Below, in pieces: positions 19,897 through 29,830 of a stretch of DNA of 64,000 nucleotides; the first letter of the stretch is position 1, and each line of letters begins with the position of its first letter. Both the position numbers and the translations under genes were made by a program. The stretch is from a virus. The stretch lies in IMG/VR virus record IMGVR_UViG_3300027782_000072, positions 1 through 64,000 of that record; one strand, written 5' to 3'. Under the pieces are notes generated by a model. That model was not told where the DNA came from, did no database searches, and saw only the letters and a program-made list of their open reading frames with translations.

Positions 19897-20603
19897 GTTA
19901 CGTTGTTGCTAGCAAGAATATTCCGAAGATTGATCTCGCTTTGTTTGAGCGCGATTTCTTCGATGGGGCACAGTTCCTTCTGCAGGACAGCACTGGCGCC
20001 CCATGGAATCTTAATAATGTAACAATTTGTGCTTCCATTTATAAGAAAGTTGGCACTGCTTACACGCTAGTAACAAGCTTCAACACTGAAAAGCTAGAGC
20101 CGCTGACAAAAGGACAAGTGAGGATTTGGCTATCCAGCGCTCAGACTGCCACCGTCGAGGCCGCCTACGACGCGGGACAGCAGAGTGCAGGCGCAAGTGC
20201 CTTCTTCCCCACTGCTTACGCTTCACAGGCCGATAGTTCAGCTACCTACGAAAACAGCAATCTTTACTGGGACTTGCGCATTGAAACCCAAGAAAGGCTG
20301 GCCGATTTGGTTTCCATTGCTACTGGCACATTCATCACGCAGACAGATCATGGTCTTGGCTCAACTGAGCGCGTAGTGTTTAGCGGAACAACTACTAGTT
20401 CCATCAACTATGATGGGACAAGCGCAAAAATTTATTCAAGCTTGTCAAACATTTCTTATTTAGCGCCCTATGGTTTTACTGTGCCAGCATTGTCTGGTAT
20501 TACTAATGCCGCAGTTGGTGGAAGTGTTTCTAGACTAAAGCAAGATACAGTGGTGGTTGGCAATGTGATTGTCAACTCTACAGTTTCCAACTGTTTTTCG
20601 TAA
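19893..20603 (+). CDS. virion structural/baseplate-like protein
   Basis: ORF coupled within the tail operon; YWDL motif. Confidence 0.55.
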   Translation: MSYVVASKNIPKIDLALFERDFFDGAQFLLQDSTGAPWNLNNVTICASIYKKVGTAYTLVTSFNTEKLEPLTKGQVRIWLSSAQTATVEAAYDAGQQSAGASAFFPTAYASQADSSATYENSNLYWDLRIETQERLADLVSIATGTFITQTDHGLGSTERVVFSGTTTSSINYDGTSAKIYSSLSNISYLAPYGFTVPALSGITNAAVGGSVSRLKQDTVVVGNVIVNSTVSNCFS

Positions 20604-20609
20604 GCAATC

Positions 20610-22358
20610 ATGGCTGATCTTCAAGAGGGTGTAAGTGTCGTAACGGTTGGACGTACTGCGCCCATCCCTCCTGGCCCTCAGTTAGCCGCTGATAGTCTTC
20701 CAGTGGTCATTGCTTCTGATCAAGATGCAGTGCCTGTAGAGGTGCAGAACCAGCAGATTAGTGAAGTTAGCCTGAGCTTGCTTGGCATTCCTCGCGCGGA
20801 AGTGGCGCTTGGCATTTTTGCTGACGTTACCACATACGACATCAACTCCAACGAATGGCAAAGTGAAGGCACTGGCACCACCACTCACGTGCCCACGGAA
20901 AGTGCTGCAAAGGTGAGTCTCGGCACTGGCGTGACCAATGCATATCAAACTTTAAGCAGCAAGCGTTTCTTCCGTTATCAGCCCGGTCGTGTTAGTGCTG
21001 CCACGTTTGGTGTGAGGGTTAATACCACCACTGACATCACTGACGTTAAGAAGTTTGGCGCATTTGACAAGAAGGATGGATACTACATTGAAGTGCAAGG
21101 TGGTGGACAAACTGCTATTTCTGATAAGGAAACCAACTTCTATTGCGTGAGACGCACCAGCGCTTTAGAAAGCAACGAAACTGGCATTCGCACCCCTAAT
21201 ACTGTCGATGGGGATCGCGGCACTGCTGGCACTGACTTGGTGATTGTACGTGCTGGCCTTACTTACATTCACGCTGCATTGTTTGATCGTAGCCTTAGGG
21301 GAAGTGGCAATAATATTGGCGGCAACGCATCATCTTCTGGAGCCGTTACTGTCAGCGCTTCATTTCTGACAGTGCCAAATGATTATCGCTACACCTATGA
21401 ATATCGCGTACCGCGTAAATATTTCAGCCATGATCGTTTGGATGGTCAAACTCGCACTCAATATTATTCTGATCGCACGCCTGGCCGCTCCAGCTTCACG
21501 CTAAGCATTGCTGGCACTGCTGATTCCCCATTGGTTTCCTACACCAACGGCACTGCCGTAACGGACGACTTAAATAATATCACTACAAAGGCATCAGTTT
21601 GGTCGATTGACTTCTCTAAGGTGACCATGTATAAAGTGGAATATAGCTGGTATGGTGCTGTTGGCGGCCATTTCCTTGCTTATGTTCCAGATGCTACCAC
21701 TGCTGGAGAAGCACGATGGGTGAGGATTCATCATCTTCGCGCCTCTAATCAACTGACGAGCCCTAGCCTTAGCAATCCAACGCTGCCGATTTCGTACCTT
21801 GCTCAAAAGGCCACCAGTGGTAATGAGAATTCCATTTACAAATATGGTGCTTCTTACTACATTGATGGTGGCGACAAAGGAACAATTGTTGCACGGTCAC
21901 AAAGCAATACTGCTGACAGGAGCGTCACCACAAGCACTTCCATGCTGATGGCTCTACGCACTAGGAGCGCCATTGGAAGCAGCTCCATTCGCAATCGCAT
22001 GCAAGTATATCCCACTCGCTTGGGAGTTGGCACCGATGCCAGAACTATTATTAGGCTCATCAAGAATCCCACGTCCACCACTGGCACTCCCTCATGGACC
22101 ACGGCTGATACACTTAGCCCCATTGAATATAGTCTTAGCACTAGCATCACGGCTCCCGTTGGCGGCATTACCGTGGCAACTTTTTTTGTTGGCGCTGGTG
22201 GTGTTGATATTGATTTGTCACCATACTTTGGCTACAACAAAGACTACCTTTCCTATCCATTGACAGCCACTTCTGGAGACACTCTCTATGTATTTGCACA
22301 AGCAGTTAGCGGCACTGTCAGCACAAGCGCATCACTTACTTGGGAAGAGCAAGTGTGA
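20610..22358 (+). CDS. virion structural protein (paralogue family A)
   Basis: SLLGIPR.EVALG.F, RYQPGR, KVEYSWYGA and YIDGGDKG shared with the next gene. Confidence 0.7.
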   Translation: MADLQEGVSVVTVGRTAPIPPGPQLAADSLPVVIASDQDAVPVEVQNQQISEVSLSLLGIPRAEVALGIFADVTTYDINSNEWQSEGTGTTTHVPTESAAKVSLGTGVTNAYQTLSSKRFFRYQPGRVSAATFGVRVNTTTDITDVKKFGAFDKKDGYYIEVQGGGQTAISDKETNFYCVRRTSALESNETGIRTPNTVDGDRGTAGTDLVIVRAGLTYIHAALFDRSLRGSGNNIGGNASSSGAVTVSASFLTVPNDYRYTYEYRVPRKYFSHDRLDGQTRTQYYSDRTPGRSSFTLSIAGTADSPLVSYTNGTAVTDDLNNITTKASVWSIDFSKVTMYKVEYSWYGAVGGHFLAYVPDATTAGEARWVRIHHLRASNQLTSPSLSNPTLPISYLAQKATSGNENSIYKYGASYYIDGGDKGTIVARSQSNTADRSVTTSTSMLMALRTRSAIGSSSIRNRMQVYPTRLGVGTDARTIIRLIKNPTSTTGTPSWTTADTLSPIEYSLSTSITAPVGGITVATFFVGAGGVDIDLSPYFGYNKDYLSYPLTATSGDTLYVFAQAVSGTVSTSASLTWEEQV

Positions 22359-22371
22359 GCGGAACTAGACA

Positions 22372-24723
22372 ATGAAAGACCTGTCTAGTTACTACCAACT
22401 TCCAGAAGATGTTGCTCCTGCAGGAGAAATTTCTGTTGAGAGTGACTTGCTTGATTACGAAACTGGCGTATTGTTAGTTGACGGCAACACGCAAAGCGGC
22501 CTTACTGGTGAAACATTCGAAACAGTAGTTTCGGCCAGTGGAGTGGTATATCCAACGCTGATTACAAATGAAGCAAGCAGTCCAGTAATTGTAAATGTTA
22601 TCAATCAAAGCCAGAGTGAAGTTGACACTTCATTGCTTGGCATTCCACGCTCGGAAGTAGCACTTGGATTGTTTGATGCTATTAATGTTTATGGCGTTAA
22701 TTCCAAGGAATGGACTGGATATAGCGCCTATTCGTACTATTACGACCCATCGTCTTGGACCTTTAGAGATAATTATGGCAATTATGTAAGACATGTGCCA
22801 GCAGAGTGTGCAGTACAGGCATATTGCTTTCCGCCTCCGGCCTCTTTCGCTTATCCAGTGGATGACAATACTGGAGTGTATCCGGGAGGCTACAAAAATG
22901 GCTCCATGATTTCCTATTGGGAAACCAAGCGTTCATTCCGCTACCAGCCAGGACGCATCAATGGCATGACATTTGGCATTCGCATGTCAACGGGTAGCAA
23001 TTGGGATGGGGAGGTAATTCAATGGGGATGCCGTAATTCCTACGGAGATGGTTATTATTTCCAGCTTGAAAAAGGCACAAATTTATATATCATTTATACG
23101 AGTCCCAATGGCACGTTTAAGATTCCAAGGATTGAATGGAATGGCGATTTAGTTTCAATTGACAGAAGCGCCACTGGATGGGTATTGGATCTTTCTCATG
23201 TGACTATGTTCAAAGTAGAATATAGTTGGTATGGTGCCATTGGAGCCAGATTCCTAGCGTATGTGCCTGTGGGTCATGATGAGGCACGATGGGTGGTGCT
23301 ACACACTGTGCTTGCTTCCAATACGTTTGAACTGCCAAGCCTGCGTAGTCCATTCTTTAAAGTCTTCACCCAAGTGGTTACTACGGCTGGATGTCCTCAA
23401 GCTGCATTTATTAATTTGTACGGTAGTAGTGTTTACATTGACGGTGGTGATAAGGGCACTGTCACCCTTGGCAATGCCGTATTAAATTCTGAAAAAAATA
23501 TTGACAGCACAAGTCGCACCATTCTGGGCTTGCAAGTTAAGGGGCAAATCAATGGAGTGGATAATCAAAAAACAGTTTATCCAGTGAGCTTGGCAGCATA
23601 TGCATCAGTCAATACACGCTTTGATTTAATGTTTCAGAGCAATGGTATTTATAACGGCGAGCATTATCAATATGGCAATGGCACAGTTTTATCTCGTGGT
23701 GCTAGTTCTACCATTGCAGTGACAAGTGTTGGTGGTAATCCTTATATATGGCAAGGAACATTTCCGAATGTTGCCAATGAAGTGTCCGGTTTAACTAATT
23801 ATTTTTCTGGTCGTCGGGCACGAGTGACTGGTGCTGGCATCTATAACACGCATATTACGGCTGTCAATAGTGGCCTCACGCAAATTACAACTGATCGTCC
23901 ACTCCCATTGTCCACCACTTCCATTCGCTTGTCGAGGATGGATGCATCAGCAGTGGGCACTGTAGCCATTCCCAGCGGCACCACTCAAGGCACCATCTTT
24001 GTCACCGATGGGGCCGGTCAATGGCGAATGGGAGCGTGGCCACAATCAAGCGGCCTCACCTACACCACTTCTGGCAATGTTCTTTGGTTCCAAAGTCGTT
24101 ATACAGGATTAGCTTTTAATAATGCTGGCAGCATTGTCGGAGAAAATACAGCTCCATATGGCCCCATTTCCCCAGTTGGTTTTACTGTAGCTGTGTCAAG
24201 TGGCACTAACACCAGCACGTTGAATTTTAATGGGCAAGTATTGACTGTTTCCGGTACCAATCCTTGGCCTATTTCTATTGTTGCTGAAGTGATGGACAGT
24301 TCACAACTAAGCGATGTCGTATTGGCTTACGGCACTTCTTCTGGGCTTACAGTGCAGGGTAGCGGCTCTACAACGGCTATCACCACGTGGACAGTTAGTG
24401 GCGTCACGCAAAGCGCTACAACGGCTGGAGGCACTTCCTACGTGGCCAATAAGTTTGAGAACGATCCTAATAATCCGCTATCGGCTGTTCTCATAGACAA
24501 ACAAGGCTATCGCACGTTGTATTCTCCGCAGCCAGTTGCTACGTTCTTTATTGGAAGTGGTGAAACGAAGCAGTTTGATCTCAGCAATGTGTTTGGGCCT
24601 GATAAGATGTTTATAACGGGAGCGCCAGGGACTGTGTACAATTCAGGCGCACTATTCTTGGTTGCAACTGCTCGCACTGGTAGTGGCATTGCTTCCGCTA
24701 CGCTTAATTGGGAGGAACAATAA
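22372..24723 (+). CDS. virion structural protein (paralogue family A)
   Basis: Same motifs as the 20610 gene and the same WEEQ end. Confidence 0.7.
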   Translation: MKDLSSYYQLPEDVAPAGEISVESDLLDYETGVLLVDGNTQSGLTGETFETVVSASGVVYPTLITNEASSPVIVNVINQSQSEVDTSLLGIPRSEVALGLFDAINVYGVNSKEWTGYSAYSYYYDPSSWTFRDNYGNYVRHVPAECAVQAYCFPPPASFAYPVDDNTGVYPGGYKNGSMISYWETKRSFRYQPGRINGMTFGIRMSTGSNWDGEVIQWGCRNSYGDGYYFQLEKGTNLYIIYTSPNGTFKIPRIEWNGDLVSIDRSATGWVLDLSHVTMFKVEYSWYGAIGARFLAYVPVGHDEARWVVLHTVLASNTFELPSLRSPFFKVFTQVVTTAGCPQAAFINLYGSSVYIDGGDKGTVTLGNAVLNSEKNIDSTSRTILGLQVKGQINGVDNQKTVYPVSLAAYASVNTRFDLMFQSNGIYNGEHYQYGNGTVLSRGASSTIAVTSVGGNPYIWQGTFPNVANEVSGLTNYFSGRRARVTGAGIYNTHITAVNSGLTQITTDRPLPLSTTSIRLSRMDASAVGTVAIPSGTTQGTIFVTDGAGQWRMGAWPQSSGLTYTTSGNVLWFQSRYTGLAFNNAGSIVGENTAPYGPISPVGFTVAVSSGTNTSTLNFNGQVLTVSGTNPWPISIVAEVMDSSQLSDVVLAYGTSSGLTVQGSGSTTAITTWTVSGVTQSATTAGGTSYVANKFENDPNNPLSAVLIDKQGYRTLYSPQPVATFFIGSGETKQFDLSNVFGPDKMFITGAPGTVYNSGALFLVATARTGSGIASATLNWEEQ

Positions 24724-26477
24724 TGGCTCTCACTGGACTTGTTGCGGCAAACAATTTAAGCGATGTTGTTGACATTGAACGCACTTGGGACAATATTGGC
24801 AATAACATTTCCGCAACTGTATTTGTCCCGGCAGCTACGCTTGATTTAAACTTTGCAGGCAACAAAAGTCTTGTTGACAATATTAGCGGAAGTGGTTTAG
24901 TTACTTTTACAAGGGCATCTAGCGGCACCTTTGTTGGCAGCAATGGCCTCATTCAAACTGCTGCTAGTGGTGTGCCACGGTTTGATCACAACCCGACAAC
25001 GGGGGAGAGCCTTGGGCTGTTGGTGGAGGAGGACAGGACGAACAGTTTCATTTATTCCAATACATTTACTGACGCTAGCTGGGGTCAGATATATGGCACT
25101 ACTATTACACGCACTGCCAGCGCCGCTGTCTCCCCAGATGGCACATCTAATGCCACTCAAATAACTGCAACTGATGCTAATTTTGTTCGCCAGCAGGCAG
25201 TAGGCGACACCACAACAATTCGCACACTATCTTTTTTTGCAAAAGCTGGAACTGCTTCCACTATTTCTGTAAGATTTTTTAGCGGCACAGCGCCTACTTC
25301 ACCTACTGCGACCTTTAACCTTTCAACTGGCGCGGCTACAGTTAGTGATGCTTCAGTGATGACTGCAAGCATTGTGCAATTTTCGAACGGATGGTATCGC
25401 TGCATTTGCTGTCGTACTGATGCTGCAAGCAAAGCCCCACCAGACTTTAATTTTGGCGTCGGCACGACTTTTATTTACGGCGCCCAACTCGAAGCAGGCG
25501 CCTTCCCCACCTCCTACATCCCCACCACCACCATTCCCCTGCTTCGTTCCGCTGACGTGGTAAGCATTACGGGAAGCAATTTTTCGAGGTGGTATAACGA
25601 AAGCCAGGGAACGTTTTTTGTATCAGCGAGACAGTCAAGTTATAGTTATGGTCAGGCTCTGGTTGGTCTTGGCACGGGGACTGGAGCCCTTGGACTGGAT
25701 TACGCTGGCACTACAACTACAAAGGGCGGAAGCTGGTGGAATGGCGGTACAGCAATTGGAACTTCTAATTATGCGGACTGGGGAAATGGAGCAAAACTTA
25801 TAGGCTCATATACATCTAGTAATCGTTATTTATGTTTAAATGGTGGTGCTATAGCTTCTAATGCCAGCACTTTGATTAATGGTGGCTTAATGCGTATTGG
25901 GCAGAGTTACAACACTAATGGATTAAATTCCAATGGCACTATTGCCCGTCTTGCTTACTATCCCATCCAGCTATCTAACACCGCTCTTCAGGTATTAACC
26001 ACATCCGGCCCAGTATCAAGCTTTCCATATTCTTTCTCCATCAAAGGCCGCGACATTCTTGCGCTAAAGGAAGTAAACAAAACGTCCACTCGCGATTTTG
26101 TTTTTATTAAGGGACTCCTTTCTCGGGTCCAACCACGCATTAACACTGCTTCTCAATACACTGCTTCTGGCGTGGCATTGCGTAATGCAGCAATGCTAAA
26201 AGTGGCACCAACCACTATTGGCAATTATTTCTTTTCTTCTGGCCTCACACTTAGTGGCACCACTGTTCAAATCAATGGCACCAACGCTCGTTCCATTGCC
26301 ACCTCCCCTTTCAGCGGCTCCACAGCCCTCTATCCCCTGCTCTTTGGTGGCCTACGCCCTCAAGCTAACTGGCGCATCACGGAGCCCATGACAAGTGGCA
26401 CTGTCACATCCCCTGAAAGCGCTATTCCCATTGAGACTAGTGATTTCCTATTATTTATTAAGGCGGGGCAAAGCTAA
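24723..26477 (+). CDS. tail fibre/spike protein (LDLNFA-FTRAS module)
   Basis: FTRAS.GT...PRFDH...GLLVEE.RTN and QLE.G.F.TSYIPT modules. Confidence 0.75.
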   Translation: MALTGLVAANNLSDVVDIERTWDNIGNNISATVFVPAATLDLNFAGNKSLVDNISGSGLVTFTRASSGTFVGSNGLIQTAASGVPRFDHNPTTGESLGLLVEEDRTNSFIYSNTFTDASWGQIYGTTITRTASAAVSPDGTSNATQITATDANFVRQQAVGDTTTIRTLSFFAKAGTASTISVRFFSGTAPTSPTATFNLSTGAATVSDASVMTASIVQFSNGWYRCICCRTDAASKAPPDFNFGVGTTFIYGAQLEAGAFPTSYIPTTTIPLLRSADVVSITGSNFSRWYNESQGTFFVSARQSSYSYGQALVGLGTGTGALGLDYAGTTTTKGGSWWNGGTAIGTSNYADWGNGAKLIGSYTSSNRYLCLNGGAIASNASTLINGGLMRIGQSYNTNGLNSNGTIARLAYYPIQLSNTALQVLTTSGPVSSFPYSFSIKGRDILALKEVNKTSTRDFVFIKGLLSRVQPRINTASQYTASGVALRNAAMLKVAPTTIGNYFFSSGLTLSGTTVQINGTNARSIATSPFSGSTALYPLLFGGLRPQANWRITEPMTSGTVTSPESAIPIETSDFLLFIKAGQS

Positions 26478-27781
26478 TGAGTCAGCAATATGGTTTTAGG
26501 GCATCTAACAATCTTTCTGAAACTGAAAACCACAATTTATGCCTTGATAATTTAGGCATCAATAGGAATGATTTGCCTTTGTTGGAAGGCACTAGTGCGT
26601 CTGGCGTTACGGAAGCAGACTATCAAGCCATCATTGGACTGAGGAGCGCTCTGGAAGGGCAAGTGACGGCCCTCTCGGCATTCTCGCTATCTGGTTTCAC
26701 AGCGGTGGCATCAAAAGCCACTGCCACTGGTGATACTTTTACTGGTAATATTATTGTTGACAGGGTTAATAATGATCGTCCATATACGCCTTTAAATGGC
26801 ACTATCATTGGACCATCAACTGTTTCTTATTTCTCTCCAACGGCTAGTGGCGTATTCTCCACTGGCGGAGAATATAAGCTTGGCCCTATCACTGCTGGCA
26901 CCGTTACCACTAGCGGCGTTAATTACACTGGCACCGTGCAGGAATGGAACCCACGCTTTGAACGCTACAAAAATTATCTCAGGGTGCAGGAGCAGCCTTC
27001 GTGGACTGTTCGTTACTCCCCATTGTATCTCCCCCCTCCCACTGTTATTAGTGGTTGTCAATTATGGCTTGATGCGGAATACAGCACGTTTGAACTCGAC
27101 GGTAGTAGCAACGTAGTTGTTTGGAGGAGCCTTGTTGGCGGTACTATTGCTTCGCAGGCTACTCTTGCAAATCGTCCTGTTTTTACCACCAATGTAATGA
27201 ATGGCAAACCCGCTGTTCGTTTCGATGGGTCCAATGATTTCTTGAGTCTGAGCAATATTGGTGCATCATTTACCACTGCAGCAACGATGGTAAGCATTGT
27301 GCGCGTGTTAGATGGCGATTACAACGTTCTTAGCTCCTTGAACAATAGTAGCTGTCGATGGAATAATGGAAGTGGCGCTGGCACGTGGGGACTGTTTACT
27401 ACTGCCCTACAGAGCAGCTTTCCTGCTGGCATGCCCTTTAATGGCACGTGGGTGGTGTCAATGCGCATCAATGCTGCCTACGGCCTGGAGATAAGGCTCA
27501 ATGGGACAAGGCTTGATTACAAGAGCACTGGCTTCACTTTCACTGGTGGCGACACCTTCAACATTGGTGCCACTGCTGGGCCTGCTGGATATTTAAACGG
27601 CGACATTCATTCCATTGCTCTCTTCAATAGAGTGTTAACGGACAAAGAACTTAGAACCATTGAAGAATGCTTTGCATGGCGCTATGATGGCATTTACGAT
27701 CCTGATCGCTCTTCACAAGTACTACAACTGGAAGACTTTGCTACGATTGAACTGGAAGATGGTTCCGTGCTAAACCCTTGA
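26477..27781 (+). CDS. tail protein with LamG/ConA-like domain
   Basis: LWLDA...W.....A.Q.....RP.......NG.PAV.FDG and L.GDI.....FNR.L motifs. Confidence 0.7.
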   Translation: MSQQYGFRASNNLSETENHNLCLDNLGINRNDLPLLEGTSASGVTEADYQAIIGLRSALEGQVTALSAFSLSGFTAVASKATATGDTFTGNIIVDRVNNDRPYTPLNGTIIGPSTVSYFSPTASGVFSTGGEYKLGPITAGTVTTSGVNYTGTVQEWNPRFERYKNYLRVQEQPSWTVRYSPLYLPPPTVISGCQLWLDAEYSTFELDGSSNVVVWRSLVGGTIASQATLANRPVFTTNVMNGKPAVRFDGSNDFLSLSNIGASFTTAATMVSIVRVLDGDYNVLSSLNNSSCRWNNGSGAGTWGLFTTALQSSFPAGMPFNGTWVVSMRINAAYGLEIRLNGTRLDYKSTGFTFTGGDTFNIGATAGPAGYLNGDIHSIALFNRVLTDKELRTIEECFAWRYDGIYDPDRSSQVLQLEDFATIELEDGSVLNP

Positions 27782-27788
27782 GCGCACA

Positions 27789-28559
27789 ATGACAAAAATT
27801 TCTCAGCTTACAAGTATTGGTACGGGATTAGCTGCGGATGATGAATTTATCATTCGTGACGTTAGTGATGCTTCCACGCCTAATAAGAAAGTAACAGCTA
27901 GTGGATTTTTTGCCATTGCCAATACGCTAGGCATCACTGGATTTGACAATATTTTGGCTGGCTTGCCTAATACTGGCACGCAAGTGCGAGTTATTAGTTC
28001 TGGCATTGCTGCTGGCATTTCTGGCTATGCCTATACGACTATCAGTGGCATTCAAGTGGCTCGTACCACTATTTCTGGCTACTACGAAAATGCTGCTGGT
28101 ACTGCCAGTGGTGTTCTTTTCCCAGTGGTCACGCAAACCGACATTGGCACCGATCCTAATCAAGTGCCAGTGTGTGGAATGCTTGGTTCCATGGCATTCT
28201 CGAATTTTCCATTTTGGCGAGGAGGAAGCGATACTACTACAACTACTGGCACATTAATTGTTGATGGTAGTTCATACGATAGGTTTAACTATACGGCCAG
28301 CATGGCAGGTAATGTAACTGTGCAGTTAGATAATTTGACCAATGGAAGAGAAACAAAACTGTATGTGAGAAATACTAATGCCACGGCTCGCACAGTCACT
28401 TTTGCAGGATCTACTACTACTAGCGGTCACACTGGTGTGCCATTGTCACCTGGCAATGGAGGAACATCAGTGAGTGGCATAACGCTTTCCGGTTCTACTG
28501 GTACGGCTATTGTGTGGGTGGGAAATATTAATGGCACCATCGTTGGAGGCTTATTCTGA
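27789..28559 (+). CDS. tail fibre protein
   Basis: KISQL N-terminus and DIGTDPNQVP...LG.MAF motif. Confidence 0.65.
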   Translation: MTKISQLTSIGTGLAADDEFIIRDVSDASTPNKKVTASGFFAIANTLGITGFDNILAGLPNTGTQVRVISSGIAAGISGYAYTTISGIQVARTTISGYYENAAGTASGVLFPVVTQTDIGTDPNQVPVCGMLGSMAFSNFPFWRGGSDTTTTTGTLIVDGSSYDRFNYTASMAGNVTVQLDNLTNGRETKLYVRNTNATARTVTFAGSTTTSGHTGVPLSPGNGGTSVSGITLSGSTGTAIVWVGNINGTIVGGLF

Positions 28560-29830
28560 TGACCATTAAAGCGCTTTACCCAACCATTCGTCCATCGCTT
28601 GATTTAAATTTTGCACGCACTAGAGCACTAGATCCACGCATCACCTTCACTCGTGCATCTACTGGCACTTTTGTAGGCAGCAATGGCCTCATTCAAACTG
28701 CTGCTAGCGGAGTGCCACGCTTTGACTTTCATCCAACTACAGGAGAGAGCTTGGGGCTATTAATGGAGGAGGCAAGGACAAATAGCCTTTGGCCGAGTGA
28801 GCCAACTACGGCGACTTTGCGAAACGGTACAGGCTCACCAGGAAACACCTGGGCGGTCTATGATGGAACAGTTTCTTCCGCAAGCAGAAATACGATTGGA
28901 GGTCTAGAAGTAACAATTAATTCAACTTTAGATAACAATGGGTTCAGTGGTGGCAATGCAACAAACTGGGGAGGCATTGGAGGCGGCGGTAATCATGCAC
29001 TTGGCACTGTTGCAAGTGTATCTTTGTTTATTAATCCTCTGACGTGGACTGGAAACATTTGGATTGGAAAATTACCACAAGATGGCAACACCACTTTCGT
29101 CGCGCAAACTTTTCAGTTATTTAACAATGGAATTTATACGGGCCCTGCTTCCAATGTAAAAGCAATTTTTTCAGACGGCACCTACTGGTTGCACCACATT
29201 GCGTGGACTGACTTAAGTACCAACACCGCTGCGGGCCAGTTTCTCGTCCTCTTTACCACCACACCTGGGGATAACATTAAAAAATTCTGGGCTGGTGGTT
29301 TTCAATGGGAAGCGGGTGCTTTTTCCACCTCCTACATCCCCACCACTTCTTCTACTGTCACTCGTGCTGCTGACTCGGCAAGTATCGATGGGGCTAATTT
29401 TAATAGTTGGTATAATCAAAGCAGTGGTTCTGTTGTTGTTAATGTATTAGCCTCTCAGGGAACGAGGCCCCCCGTTGCGGCTGCCTCTGTCCTAGGGATT
29501 ACTCCAAGTGCTGGGGTAGTGCCTGGTAATTTAATCTATCAAAATACAGATAGCAATGGTACTTGGTACACTTACGATTCTGGAATCTTAGAATTGGTGC
29601 AAACTGTTAGCCTTAACCCTAATGGAAATAAATTTGCGTGGGGATTAACTGCTGGCGCGAGTAGCGTAGCTGTAAAAGATGGCGTAACGCGAGGAAATTA
29701 CTCGTGGTCGTCTGTTACTAGAACTGGTTTCTTGATTGGCACCGAGAACAACGGATCTATTAGGTGGAAAAGACTCACCTACTACCCCGTCCGGCTGCCC
29801 GACGCCCAACTTCAGGCCCTCACGCAATGA
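28559..29830 (+). CDS. tail fibre/spike protein (LDLNFA-FTRAS module)
   Basis: Paralogous N- and C-terminal modules shared with the 24723 and 29827 genes. Confidence 0.75.
   Translation: MTIKALYPTIRPSLDLNFARTRALDPRITFTRASTGTFVGSNGLIQTAASGVPRFDFHPTTGESLGLLMEEARTNSLWPSEPTTATLRNGTGSPGNTWAVYDGTVSSASRNTIGGLEVTINSTLDNNGFSGGNATNWGGIGGGGNHALGTVASVSLFINPLTWTGNIWIGKLPQDGNTTFVAQTFQLFNNGIYTGPASNVKAIFSDGTYWLHHIAWTDLSTNTAAGQFLVLFTTTPGDNIKKFWAGGFQWEAGAFSTSYIPTTSSTVTRAADSASIDGANFNSWYNQSSGSVVVNVLASQGTRPPVAAASVLGITPSAGVVPGNLIYQNTDSNGTWYTYDSGILELVQTVSLNPNGNKFAWGLTAGASSVAVKDGVTRGNYSWSSVTRTGFLIGTENNGSIRWKRLTYYPVRLPDAQLQALTQ

Noticed and set aside
26980-26989. CAGGGTGCAG as a self-target of array unit 2
   Set aside because: Only a partial match to CAGGGTGCAATA and expected by chance; a full scan could not be done by eye.
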